The position numbers and the translations under genes were made by a program. Below are positions 26,601 through 35,362 of a DNA stretch of 42,358 nucleotides, piece after piece (the first letter of the stretch is position 1; each line of letters begins with the position of its first letter). The stretch is from a virus (taxonomy: Duplodnaviria > Caudoviricetes). Under the pieces are notes generated by a model. That model made no database searches, was not told the DNA's origin, and was given only the letters and a program-made list of their open reading frames with translations. The DNA lies in IMG/VR virus record IMGVR_UViG_3300025655_000079, positions 1 to 42,358 of that record; one strand, written 5' to 3'.

Positions 26601-29600
26601 GTTATTTACCATACTTCCGTAAATATCCGCCCCACGAGATTTGAAGCTCATAAGATCTTCAGGACGCATTTCGAGTAGCTTTTGCAAGTTACGGAAAGTA
26701 ATCTTCCCATTCAATTCGTTGGTTACAGATTTACGGTAAGCCCTGTACTCATTCATTATTTCCTGAGCTTCTTTACCATCAAGTCTGTTAAAGAACTGGT
26801 CAAGAACTGTATGACCTATTTCGTGTGCCAGAGCATCCTCAACATTAACCTTTGTCTGACGAGGATCGACATATACGAAATACTGAACATCGCCAGTAAC
26901 CGGGTCTGTATAAATGATGCGTTTACCATTTACCAAACCTTCACGAATCTGGTTGGCGTCGTCAGTAAGTCCCATATCTTCCAACATCTCGATAGCCTGT
27001 TTTGGCGTAAGAAGATGCACAGCTTCGGGGAGCGTAAGTTTCTTAATGAATTTGTCAAACTTTCTCCGAATGGCACTCATCTGAGAACTGTCGTTATTAA
27101 GATTTTCAAGTTGTGCTTCGGTAAACGGGTTAGCCACAGCATCAACAGACCGCCTATCTTCAGTACGGTTAGCTGAGTCCTCAAGTATCTTATCAACTGC
27201 TGCTCTCTGATTCTGGGTAGCTTCTTGCTGTTCAGCGTAAGACAAGCGCGTATTCCGCTGATTACGTAACTCTTCCTTAGCTTTTTCAAACGTAGCGTGA
27301 CGCGCAGCTTCGACCAATTTAACAATGTTAAGCGGCGTAGGACGCAGATCAGGATCTACTTCTTGATCTGTAGCAACTTTATAGGCCCATTTAGCTTGGT
27401 TAAACAGCCTGTACGTTGCTGCAACAGCCGCCGGCGTAGGACCTGTGTACTGTCCATCACTATTAAGCATTTCTTGGGCGCGTATAGTTCTTTCAGCCAA
27501 ACCAATAAGCAAATCGAGGTCTTCCCGGAAATCTCTAAACTCAGGGTATTCGCTGTAAGTAACTAACTCTGAAACAGCCGGTTTAAAACCTGTAAACCTT
27601 AATTTGGATACAGTATCGACATCTCTGGCAGAAAGGCCCATGTAGTTACGTAAAGCCGAGATAAACCTAGTATCTTTGCTTGTAATCTTACGGCTTGCAG
27701 TAGCAGGAGATACCGGCTTCTCATACGGCTTGAACTCTGGCAGTAAAACAGGAGTACCATCTTTATTAAGCTCAGGCACTACTGTTTTTGTTACTTTGAC
27801 GTTATCGAACTGTATAGTCTCAAGGCGTGACCGAATACGCTTAAGAACCACAACTTTCTGCGAAAGTCTTTCAGTAAAAGAACCTTCTTTAATCTTGGTA
27901 AGCTGGCCAAGATAAGATGCAAACGAACGATTAGCAGCAGGGTCGTTGATTGCATCCTTTAACTTATTCAAACTCTCAGTAAGACTATTGAACGCTGTAG
28001 CGCCTTCTTTCTTGAAGTCATTAACGATTCGAGTGTTACGTTCAGTTGCAGCAGCGTCTAAAAGTCTATTCTGTTCCTTGCGGGTCATACACTTGAAGTC
28101 AAACTTCTCGCCAGTTTCCTTATTGGTAAACTCGCGTACAGCGTTCACAATATCCTGTACTTGTGATTCGAGCGTGCGTAGCTCAGCATCGTAAATAGCA
28201 ATTTTCTGTTGAATGTTAGGGTGCTTTGCGTCGAACCTGCGTCTCAGATCAATAATATACTTTCTAGCAGCAAGGGTTTCAGGACTAGAGTTCTGAACGT
28301 CCATAACATAGACGCTACCCTTTATGTTGCTATCCTTTTTAATCTGCTCAATACGAGCATCAAGCTCGTTTTGTTTGCGGATAAGTGCAGCCTGCTTGTT
28401 AGTTACTGCCTCGATCTCAGCAGACAGTTGGACATAACGGGGCCCCCATTTCTGATTATTAACAGCTTGGTAGAACGCATCTTTAAGGCCAGTAGCTAAC
28501 GTGGATAGTTTGTCGATGTAACGGGTAAAACCAAGAACTTTTTCTAACTCAGGATTAGAAATGTCTACTTCGCTCTGGCGTTTCTCTCTACGGTCAGTGT
28601 CTTCAAACTCCATGAAGCCGCCAGTTGCTACGTCCTTGTTTTCTTCATTAGGACGATAGATAGGCCGCATATTCTCGAATGTAACCTGTGTCGGATCTTC
28701 GCGCCCTTGGAGTTGTTCTACTGCATCGACATCGAACTCTTCCATAACCTTTTCAGGCATGTACATTTCATCAGCTTTAGCGTTGTTGTATTCAATTTCA
28801 GCAGCAGTAAAATCTGATTCCAGTTGAGGAATACGTGCTTCCGTCAGTTTAATCTGATGTGACAGGTCTTTGTTTTCGTACTGAAGCGCCTTCCTGCGAT
28901 CATTCAGACGTTTGTAATTAGCACGAAGTTTGTCAATCTCCACATCCCAACGATAGGATGGGTCTGTGTTACCGCGCTCCTTAATCTCTTTGGCCTTTTC
29001 TTCCATAGCTTTCAAGTCACGTTTGATCTGGGCTATGTTTTCCAGATTGTGCTTGAGCTGTTTAGGGGCAAAGTCCATGAAAAGCTGCGCGTCTTTAAGC
29101 ATCGCAGTCGCGCCTTTATACCTAGCTTCAGCGCGGGTATCGTCGTTAGCCAGTAACTCATACAAAGAGACGTAACGCTTAGACCCATCAGGGCGCTTCA
29201 TAACGAAAGCAACAGTACCCATCTGTGGACGGAAAATACTGCTCTTTCCTTTATCTTTTGCATTAGTGTTAAACAGATCAGTGACGATAGACTCCATGCC
29301 TTTAACGCCATACAGATCACTAAGTCCCAAACGTAGAGCTTCAGCTACGCGAGCTGTAACACCATCAGAGACCATTTCATCAGCATAGCGTCTAACAGAA
29401 CGCTTAATCAAATTCATAACGGACAGAGCTTGTTTCTTGCCGTTAATCTCCACAATAATCTCGCCAAAGCGAGGTTTGTAGTTAGGAACCTTGTTGCCTT
29501 CGCTATCCTTTATATATCCAGAAAATTTAGGATCACGTATGATAGCTGAGCTGTAACGTGCATCTTTCGTATCACCAGTACCGTACAGTTCTTTACTGGT

Positions 29601-31190
29601 AAGTGGACTATCGGCAAGGTCTATATCTTCAATGGTATTGAATTTGTCGAGGAACTCTCTGGCTGACATAGACTCAGCCGCTTGTTTTGTCTTAGGCTTC
29701 TGCTCAACAATCTTATCCACTTCCATCTGAAGCGCATCTTCGTAGGCTTCGCCGCTAGTAGCTGTTATGCCTTCGTTAGCCAACTTGTTATTAATAGCTT
29801 CCAGATAGGACACAATACGGGTTGTTCTGCCTTCTTTTTCTGCGCGAGCCTGTGCTTTAACTGCACCATCCTCAATCGACTCAGAGTAAGCAAGCTGCGG
29901 ATACATCTGGGCAGTAAGATCGACTGATGGGTACATCTTGTCGTTGAAAGTACGCTCGCCCATCGCAGCTTCAGGATCGATAATCTGGAAGCCTTCGGAG
30001 AACTGATTAAGCTCACTGGTCGCCGCAGATAACTCGTCCTGACCCGCCAAGTCAAAACCTTCAATAAATTCAGGTGAATTTAGTGCTTCTTCAAACGAGT
30101 TGTAGCCCATGCTATTGGCCACACGCTCAACATATTCAACACCATATTCCTGCTTATACAGATCAGCTAAGGTCTTGGTTACTTTCTCACGACCATGCGT
30201 ATCCGCTAACGTCTTGAGTGTGGTAGTTGTAGTAGCTCCCGCACCACCAAAAGCGCCACCACTGAATGCACCAATTAAACCCGCATTAAGCGCTTGGGAT
30301 ATTTCGTCTTTAGTAGGGGCAGAATAATCTTCTTTAACAAGCCGTTGAGTACCTATATTAATTGCTTCTTGGGCTAGCTCCGTACCGCCTTCGTACAAAG
30401 AAGATTTACCGGCGGCTACCGCCCCTTCTTTTATAATTCCTTTTACAGTGTCTTTAACACCTTGACGCAATGGGTTCGATACTGCCTTTGTAACCCCGGA
30501 TAACCCAAACAGTTCCAGAGCACCGGCTAAAGAACCACCACCTTGGATATAGGCTTTAACTCTAGGGTCATCAATGTTGATGCCTTCCTGACGCAAAGAC
30601 TGAGCAATATCGCCAGTTTCGAGTGCAGTACCGTACGCTCCTGCTGCTGTAGCAGCACCAATACCTGCACCTGAAAGCGTACCAACACCGGGTATAAATG
30701 TACCAATCGGTGCGCCGATAGCTGCGCCCTTTACGGACTCGCCTAAAATATTACCCATTGTGGTACTCATTTCCGCAGTACCTTCGAGTAAATAATCAAA
30801 ACCTTGAGAAAAAGTTTCGGCATCCTCAATACGGTTAATGGCACGCGGATAGCGATATTGAGCTTCCGACATTTTGGCGTCTGCTTCTTTACGAAGCAAA
30901 CTACGCTCTACAGGGTCTTCTACATTAAGCGATTTAGAAAAGTTAAAAAGAGCTTTTTCTTCAAGCTGTTTTCGCGCTTTAGCCTTTGCCATGTTACCGG
31001 ACACGAAGTCCGGTGTTTGTGGCAAACCCAAAGATAGATCAAACATTTGAGGGGCAGATTGTTCTTGTTGCGGCTGAGGCTGCTGCGTAGGAATAGGCTG
31101 CTCAGGCAACGTAGTTTTAGGAGAAAAGACTTGTGGACGCGCTACCGATTCTTCCTCGTTCGGAAAAATCGGATTAAAGAACGTAGGCAT
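23637..31190 (-). CDS. Large internal virion/DNA-ejection (polyvalent-type) protein with a zincin-like motif, 2517 aa
   Basis: Gly-rich hydrophobic N-terminal segments, long coiled coils, HEIGH...EWFAD; third and largest gene of the trio after the tail genes. Confidence 0.75.
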   Translation of the reverse strand: MPTFFNPIFPNEEESVARPQVFSPKTTLPEQPIPTQQPQPQQEQSAPQMFDLSLGLPQTPDFVSGNMAKAKARKQLEEKALFNFSKSLNVEDPVERSLLRKEADAKMSEAQYRYPRAINRIEDAETFSQGFDYLLEGTAEMSTTMGNILGESVKGAAIGAPIGTFIPGVGTLSGAGIGAATAAGAYGTALETGDIAQSLRQEGINIDDPRVKAYIQGGGSLAGALELFGLSGVTKAVSNPLRQGVKDTVKGIIKEGAVAAGKSSLYEGGTELAQEAINIGTQRLVKEDYSAPTKDEISQALNAGLIGAFSGGAFGGAGATTTTTLKTLADTHGREKVTKTLADLYKQEYGVEYVERVANSMGYNSFEEALNSPEFIEGFDLAGQDELSAATSELNQFSEGFQIIDPEAAMGERTFNDKMYPSVDLTAQMYPQLAYSESIEDGAVKAQARAEKEGRTTRIVSYLEAINNKLANEGITATSGEAYEDALQMEVDKIVEQKPKTKQAAESMSAREFLDKFNTIEDIDLADSPLTSKELYGTGDTKDARYSSAIIRDPKFSGYIKDSEGNKVPNYKPRFGEIIVEINGKKQALSVMNLIKRSVRRYADEMVSDGVTARVAEALRLGLSDLYGVKGMESIVTDLFNTNAKDKGKSSIFRPQMGTVAFVMKRPDGSKRYVSLYELLANDDTRAEARYKGATAMLKDAQLFMDFAPKQLKHNLENIAQIKRDLKAMEEKAKEIKERGNTDPSYRWDVEIDKLRANYKRLNDRRKALQYENKDLSHQIKLTEARIPQLESDFTAAEIEYNNAKADEMYMPEKVMEEFDVDAVEQLQGREDPTQVTFENMRPIYRPNEENKDVATGGFMEFEDTDRREKRQSEVDISNPELEKVLGFTRYIDKLSTLATGLKDAFYQAVNNQKWGPRYVQLSAEIEAVTNKQAALIRKQNELDARIEQIKKDSNIKGSVYVMDVQNSSPETLAARKYIIDLRRRFDAKHPNIQQKIAIYDAELRTLESQVQDIVNAVREFTNKETGEKFDFKCMTRKEQNRLLDAAATERNTRIVNDFKKEGATAFNSLTESLNKLKDAINDPAANRSFASYLGQLTKIKEGSFTERLSQKVVVLKRIRSRLETIQFDNVKVTKTVVPELNKDGTPVLLPEFKPYEKPVSPATASRKITSKDTRFISALRNYMGLSARDVDTVSKLRFTGFKPAVSELVTYSEYPEFRDFREDLDLLIGLAERTIRAQEMLNSDGQYTGPTPAAVAATYRLFNQAKWAYKVATDQEVDPDLRPTPLNIVKLVEAARHATFEKAKEELRNQRNTRLSYAEQQEATQNQRAAVDKILEDSANRTEDRRSVDAVANPFTEAQLENLNNDSSQMSAIRRKFDKFIKKLTLPEAVHLLTPKQAIEMLEDMGLTDDANQIREGLVNGKRIIYTDPVTGDVQYFVYVDPRQTKVNVEDALAHEIGHTVLDQFFNRLDGKEAQEIMNEYRAYRKSVTNELNGKITFRNLQKLLEMRPEDLMSFKSRGADIYGSMVNNSAEAQAYLEYVTDFHEWFADRVSARLRDTTPARTAFQRMIDNLLTMFHRLFDKDYVREGNVQDFVDALVEHRPLLWGGARMASEALSSWHRINMQDYENDREFNPDDLNAVADFYKSVTNLTMDADTIAMLGMLHGQDRTNALYREIMSDIMTNGNTGISNEARTVLLRFARRPDVRQYLIGNVTNRNFREALIKNDNLLVAYAYQLWATGNLNMDGTAADIKNPKVRKIFLDLSDGLSQTFDYMNELEQADRMFAYIHSGNAALNKQFPHLGGAQNTVARQAWNGYIKPAWDAVYKSRFGGGVFSTASTRLQDTNIPMLIKLGDMLFGRIGKAYTEESFISGKERNMHKFLRRYDQIVKDFTEVELQELGAMLNLGLPVADYEHAYNDKLITALKAMRTLYADVFQYGRKNGVDIGYLDENYSPWSMDLPYLTDHREEFIDLFNEANLRNHLMQHQMDPTRLWETIVNNMGDTHYDEESATKVRPYVSAKKFRSLNWIRTVATPEQMNRFNKFLSDNATQSVHTYIHQMVKRAEFNRVFRDYMDYQGSDPLAYILAEANRQGATKQDLVLAKQYVEAVMGTLGRDTNTALKAFFGMQPPVPGEVIDKRLQKGMATVMTTVNLATLGLATLTSVIDAFGTMIRTQDLQVSYQGFVEAFNAMKAEYNGQESELMAIADAIGTSSRDSSIEVLNQLYGGNYMSGMNLKINDKFFNLIGLNLWTKFTRIAATRTGLLFIKKHMTNPDRNSARWMAELDLTPEDLVTDANGDYVLLSYEQIKETEAKINENAEIMHNLDFQFERDQIEELKQENDALRNQIRSSEKLAKAVNKFVDQSVLRPNAALRPIWGSDPHYMLMFHLKSFMYTFHEVILKRMALEAVHGSLMPAAVGLMMMPAMLASDMLRELIQYGSEEPRWKKDWSWFDHILHSAQRAGLPGSYQTGIDMYKDFKYGGNPVDSLLGPTWQMATSGKPQQFMPGYSVWKHWGESE

Positions 31191-31192
31191 TA

Positions 31193-32722
31193 TTATTTTC
31201 CCTGCTGATCCCGAACAGAAGATTGCTTCATTTTACGCTGAAAATCGCCAATAGCATTAGCGTACTGAGCTAAAATTTTCTGCGTTGGTGTTAAGTTATC
31301 CAAGTAAGCGGATGAGTTTGTTGGGCCAGAAACACTATCGTTCCCTACATAACTAATCACATCGTTTTTACCAAATATCGGGTTATCAGCAATCCAATTA
31401 CCCTTACCTTGTTGCCACCCAGAAAGGTCTGGGTTATTAATCTGACCTAAAGGAAAATTCTCAGACGGAGGAAAAACCTGCCCATCTTCATAAAGTTGAA
31501 TCGTATCGGCTTCTGCGTTCATAGGGTCTTGTAACCCAGACTTAATCGCATAAGCTAACGCACGACCTTCGGGAGAATTAAGTAAAGCAGTACGTTGCTC
31601 TGCGTCTGCATTCTGGAAATCTCCATATAGGCGGTTGCCATAAGCATTCAACATATCTTGGATAGCTATATCCTTTTCTTCCGGAGTAGCAGCAGATGTA
31701 AGTCGTTGAGTAACCTCATTAACACTATCTCGATTTTTCTGGTCCTTTGTTTCTTGCCTATCTTGTGCAGCAATAGCATCTTGTTCGGCCTGCCTATTAG
31801 CTGTACGCTCATCCTTAGCTATATTGTACGCATCTTTCCAAGTAAACTTATTTTGATTAGCGTTGCTGATATTTGCTTCCTGAAGACCAAACTGCCCTTG
31901 TAGAGTGGCTAAATCCATAGCCTGTTGGCCTCTCATTTCCTGCTGCTCTACACCCTGTAAATCCTGAATCTGCTGACGTAAATCTTTACGCAGAGCAGCC
32001 GCTTTACGGTACTCTTGAAGCGTATGGCCACGACGGTCAAAGATCGAACGAGACTTATCAAGCTGTTTCTGAAGTGCATCAATACGCGATCTCACAGAAC
32101 TAGCCGGAGCAGCTTGCTGTTGTGCTACGGCGGCAGCGGCTTCTTTAGCCTGCTGTTCCTTAAGCGCATTAGAAAACATATTGGTGTAGGAAACTGACCC
32201 ACCTTTCGAGCGAGGGCCACCCTCGTAGGAAATAGAGCCAACGCCACCTTGCTGATCCATAATGGTAGCTTTTGTGTCACCCCACTCATCCTGAGTATAT
32301 GTGATTGGCATCTCGTCAGGGTTAGTAGGTTGCTTGGTTCTCAGACTTCCAGAAATGAAAGGATTATCCTCGTTAATCATTTCATACGGATTCTGCTGCT
32401 GCCCGTTAGTGTTGTAGGTAGCGCCGCTAGTATATTGAGAACCGTCACCCCAGTCTGCACCTACGTTATTATTTCCACGTATCGAAGTTGGTGCGCCCGG
32501 AATAGATTGGTCATCGTAGGTACTTGGTGGAGTACTAGGAGTAGGAGTTCTCGACCCGTTTATCATATTGTAAATAGACTTACCTAGAGCTTGCCCCATT
32601 TTTTTAGGAATATCCTTAATATCAGGGGCGTTCCTATATGGATCAGTACTATAGTCCGCAGGAGTAGACCCGCCGATATATGTGTTCTTTTTATCTTCGT
32701 TACTTAGAGGATCAAGAGGCAT
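31193..32722 (-). CDS. Internal virion/ejection protein, 509 aa
   Basis: Low-complexity N-terminus, Q/A-rich helices; position; AGGAG RBS. Confidence 0.65.
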   Translation of the reverse strand: MPLDPLSNEDKKNTYIGGSTPADYSTDPYRNAPDIKDIPKKMGQALGKSIYNMINGSRTPTPSTPPSTYDDQSIPGAPTSIRGNNNVGADWGDGSQYTSGATYNTNGQQQNPYEMINEDNPFISGSLRTKQPTNPDEMPITYTQDEWGDTKATIMDQQGGVGSISYEGGPRSKGGSVSYTNMFSNALKEQQAKEAAAAVAQQQAAPASSVRSRIDALQKQLDKSRSIFDRRGHTLQEYRKAAALRKDLRQQIQDLQGVEQQEMRGQQAMDLATLQGQFGLQEANISNANQNKFTWKDAYNIAKDERTANRQAEQDAIAAQDRQETKDQKNRDSVNEVTQRLTSAATPEEKDIAIQDMLNAYGNRLYGDFQNADAEQRTALLNSPEGRALAYAIKSGLQDPMNAEADTIQLYEDGQVFPPSENFPLGQINNPDLSGWQQGKGNWIADNPIFGKNDVISYVGNDSVSGPTNSSAYLDNLTPTQKILAQYANAIGDFQRKMKQSSVRDQQGK

Positions 32723-32731
32723 AATTCACTC

Positions 32732-33844
32732 CTAAACGGCAGAGTTGATGGTCTGCTCTGCCAGAGAAACCATAGAGTTCTGAGAAGAGACAGCAGCCGC
32801 AGCAAGCTGACCCATAACGTTAGCGGAACTGGAAGCTGCGCTAACCATTGCGTTAATACGATTCTGGTACTCAGACGAGTTAATCTGATGCCATTTCTGA
32901 CCAAGCTCATGCTCGGCAATCGCTTCTTTGAGGTAGATTTCGCGGTCATCATAAAGCTGCGTGTAGAACTTGAGCATCGCTTCACGCAGTTTAGTAACCG
33001 CGTCAATCAGCGAAGTCATGTCATCGCCAGTAGCATTGCGTGCATCTACACATACTTTCAAGTAGTCGATGAACAGAGCTTGTACAGCTTTCTGCGACTC
33101 CATGAACAAGTCCAGATATTTGAAAGTAGCTTCATATGCCAATTTTTGCTGCTCAATCCACACATCACGAACAGCTTGGGATTTAGCCTGCATAGCCTTA
33201 TCGCGGATTTGCTCAAGGCCTTGGTTAATTGCACCGGAAGGCATTGGAAACCCACGGGCTGCAATTGCAGCAATTAGGTCATTTTCAGCCCGAATTGCCT
33301 CATTATCGAGAGCTTGGACTGATCTTTCGCGGATAGCCTGTTCGACATGAGCAGGCAGTCCGAACTGAATGTCGCCACCATATACGGTGTCAGCCAGAAG
33401 CCAAGCAGCCGTATTCTTGTAGTGATCTGCGAAATTCACGCCATCAGAAAAGGCAAAGGCCTGATTGAAGGCATTGGATAACGTACCGACCACATCTACC
33501 GCATCTTTTGCGGAGAAGTCCAGATTCTTCCAGATTGACCTACCAGATTCAGTAGCTAGACCGCGATAGAGCATATCGTAGTCCGCAGGGAGACCCTTCA
33601 GGATGTCATCAACGTCTTTTTCCAAATCCTGAAGTTTAGTGATCTCAATCAGGTCACGATCAGGGATTTCGAGGTCTACCGGATCAACGATTGTGTCAGA
33701 CGCGGTACGGAGATCATCAGCCTTATATGTGGCTTGGCGAGCGTAACTTTCTGCGTTCTTTACAGAATCTTCAGCTAAATTCCACGCGTTACAGATCGAC
33801 GCTTCAACAGCCGAATCAGCTAAACCTACATAACAACCCATCAC
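32732..33844 (-). CDS. Internal virion/ejection protein, helical, 370 aa
   Basis: AARGFPMPSGA motif, Ala-rich C-terminus; ATGA coupling. Confidence 0.65.
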   Translation of the reverse strand: MMGCYVGLADSAVEASICNAWNLAEDSVKNAESYARQATYKADDLRTASDTIVDPVDLEIPDRDLIEITKLQDLEKDVDDILKGLPADYDMLYRGLATESGRSIWKNLDFSAKDAVDVVGTLSNAFNQAFAFSDGVNFADHYKNTAAWLLADTVYGGDIQFGLPAHVEQAIRERSVQALDNEAIRAENDLIAAIAARGFPMPSGAINQGLEQIRDKAMQAKSQAVRDVWIEQQKLAYEATFKYLDLFMESQKAVQALFIDYLKVCVDARNATGDDMTSLIDAVTKLREAMLKFYTQLYDDREIYLKEAIAEHELGQKWHQINSSEYQNRINAMVSAASSSANVMGQLAAAAVSSQNSMVSLAEQTINSAV

Positions 33845-35361
33845 ACTCTCCTAGACAGGACAATCGGGACAAATTCCAGACTGTCGAGGTCAAAGTCAGA
33901 ACCTTCATTATTGTGAAGTTCAAACTGCCACAAATGAGATTTTAGACCCTTTCCGACCTTAATTCTCTCAATTCTAGCCGCTTCTGAGGTCTCTGTCAGC
34001 TCATACCAATACTCTTTCCGCTCCCCGGTGGCATCATCCCGAACGATGGTTTTGAGTACCATCGGGCCATCATTTCGAAGGCCAAGGTAGGCACGTTCCA
34101 CGCGCTTCCACTCCTGAGAGCCGAAATTCATCAAATGGGTAGAAAGGAGGGCATCGATCTGTGATCCTGCGTCATCCGAACCATCCAGTTCGTAAATCCC
34201 ATCTGCCTTAGCTCCGTAGTATTTATTGCCACCAAGATAGGCCATTGAGTTGAAGTCGAAGTTACCGTATTCGGTTACAGCCTGATTCTGGGTGTTCATG
34301 ACTACCCCGATATAGGCTTCGCCATCTACATTGAACGCAGTAACGAAATTGACTCCGTCAGAGGCAACCGCAGACATTGCAGATGTCACATCATAAGTAT
34401 CGGCTGTTGCCAGATTATCTTCCACGATCGGTAAGAAGATAATCGTTGGATCATCCGGTGTAGTATCTGTAACGCCCGTCTGGTCAGCAGCATCCGCCAG
34501 AAGCATGAGCAACGCTGTAAGGAAATTGTCGTTTAGACCTAACTGGTCAGTAACGGAGATATTAAAGCTCCACGCAGCCGCCGAAGTTAAGCCAAACGTA
34601 TCTGCTACCATCATACGCCCAGTTTGGAGTTTCTGGATGAAATCAACAGCAGTTCCGGAATTATAAAGATTAGATATATCCGTAGAATCTAAAATCCTTG
34701 AATAAATTGCCAGTTCGTCAAAAATAACAGAACTTACAGCGGCATCGCCAGAAGTTCCGCCAGAATCCCCTACATACCAATTAATATTATAAATCTGCAA
34801 ATACGCCGCGGGGCATGACCCACGTAATGTTCCATTAATATACAGTTTGAACCCGGTAGAATTATCAGAAATATCGTTGGTAATAACCACATGGTAGACA
34901 TTATCTGTCAGTGGTGTAACTGTAGAAGCAATGGAATCTGAATTTGAAGTACGTATTCTGAAATCAGTACCAGAATTGCTGATATAAAAATAAAATCCAT
35001 ACGAATAATTCATATTAAGGATGTAGCGGTCGTTACCTGCTGTTGCAGGATCGAGCACTTTAACCCAAAAAGAGATCGACCAATCTGAATAAAAATCAGT
35101 ATTGTTATAATCAGCTTGGTTAGTAAGCCAGTTGTGATCTGTTGTAGTGCCGTTAGCTATTACATTAAATCCAGTACCTACTATTGACGTATCTAAAAAA
35201 CAATTCTGCGGATTGTCGTTTAACGTGTATAACGTTTTACCGCCGATATAATCAGTGATCTGCGTATAGTCGTTATCCTCTTCGAACATTGGATAGTAAT
35301 GAACAACGCCATCTGCGATAGCGTCTTCTTCGTAGGCATAACCAGTTATGGGAAAAGTCAT
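33841..35361 (-). CDS. Tail protein: LamG/concanavalin-like N-domain, Asp-periodic repeats and a conserved C-terminal tail domain
   Basis: WSISFWVK, YHVVIT, KLYING, FDELAIYSRILDS.DI..LYN (LamG_3 signature). Confidence 0.8.
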   Translation of the reverse strand: MTFPITGYAYEEDAIADGVVHYYPMFEEDNDYTQITDYIGGKTLYTLNDNPQNCFLDTSIVGTGFNVIANGTTTDHNWLTNQADYNNTDFYSDWSISFWVKVLDPATAGNDRYILNMNYSYGFYFYISNSGTDFRIRTSNSDSIASTVTPLTDNVYHVVITNDISDNSTGFKLYINGTLRGSCPAAYLQIYNINWYVGDSGGTSGDAAVSSVIFDELAIYSRILDSTDISNLYNSGTAVDFIQKLQTGRMMVADTFGLTSAAAWSFNISVTDQLGLNDNFLTALLMLLADAADQTGVTDTTPDDPTIIFLPIVEDNLATADTYDVTSAMSAVASDGVNFVTAFNVDGEAYIGVVMNTQNQAVTEYGNFDFNSMAYLGGNKYYGAKADGIYELDGSDDAGSQIDALLSTHLMNFGSQEWKRVERAYLGLRNDGPMVLKTIVRDDATGERKEYWYELTETSEAARIERIKVGKGLKSHLWQFELHNNEGSDFDLDSLEFVPIVLSRRV

Positions 35362-35362
35362 T

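Noticed and set aside
23637-31190. N4-like virion RNA polymerase, suggested by the size and the N4-type MCP
   Set aside because: No recognisable single-subunit RNAP motif set or DxDGD motif; features fit an ejection/polyvalent protein better. A profile search would settle it.
32704-33273. Alternate-frame minus ORFs in the 370-aa gene as a programmed frameshift product
   Set aside because: No slippery heptamer with a downstream structure identified; the downstream gene has its own RBS.
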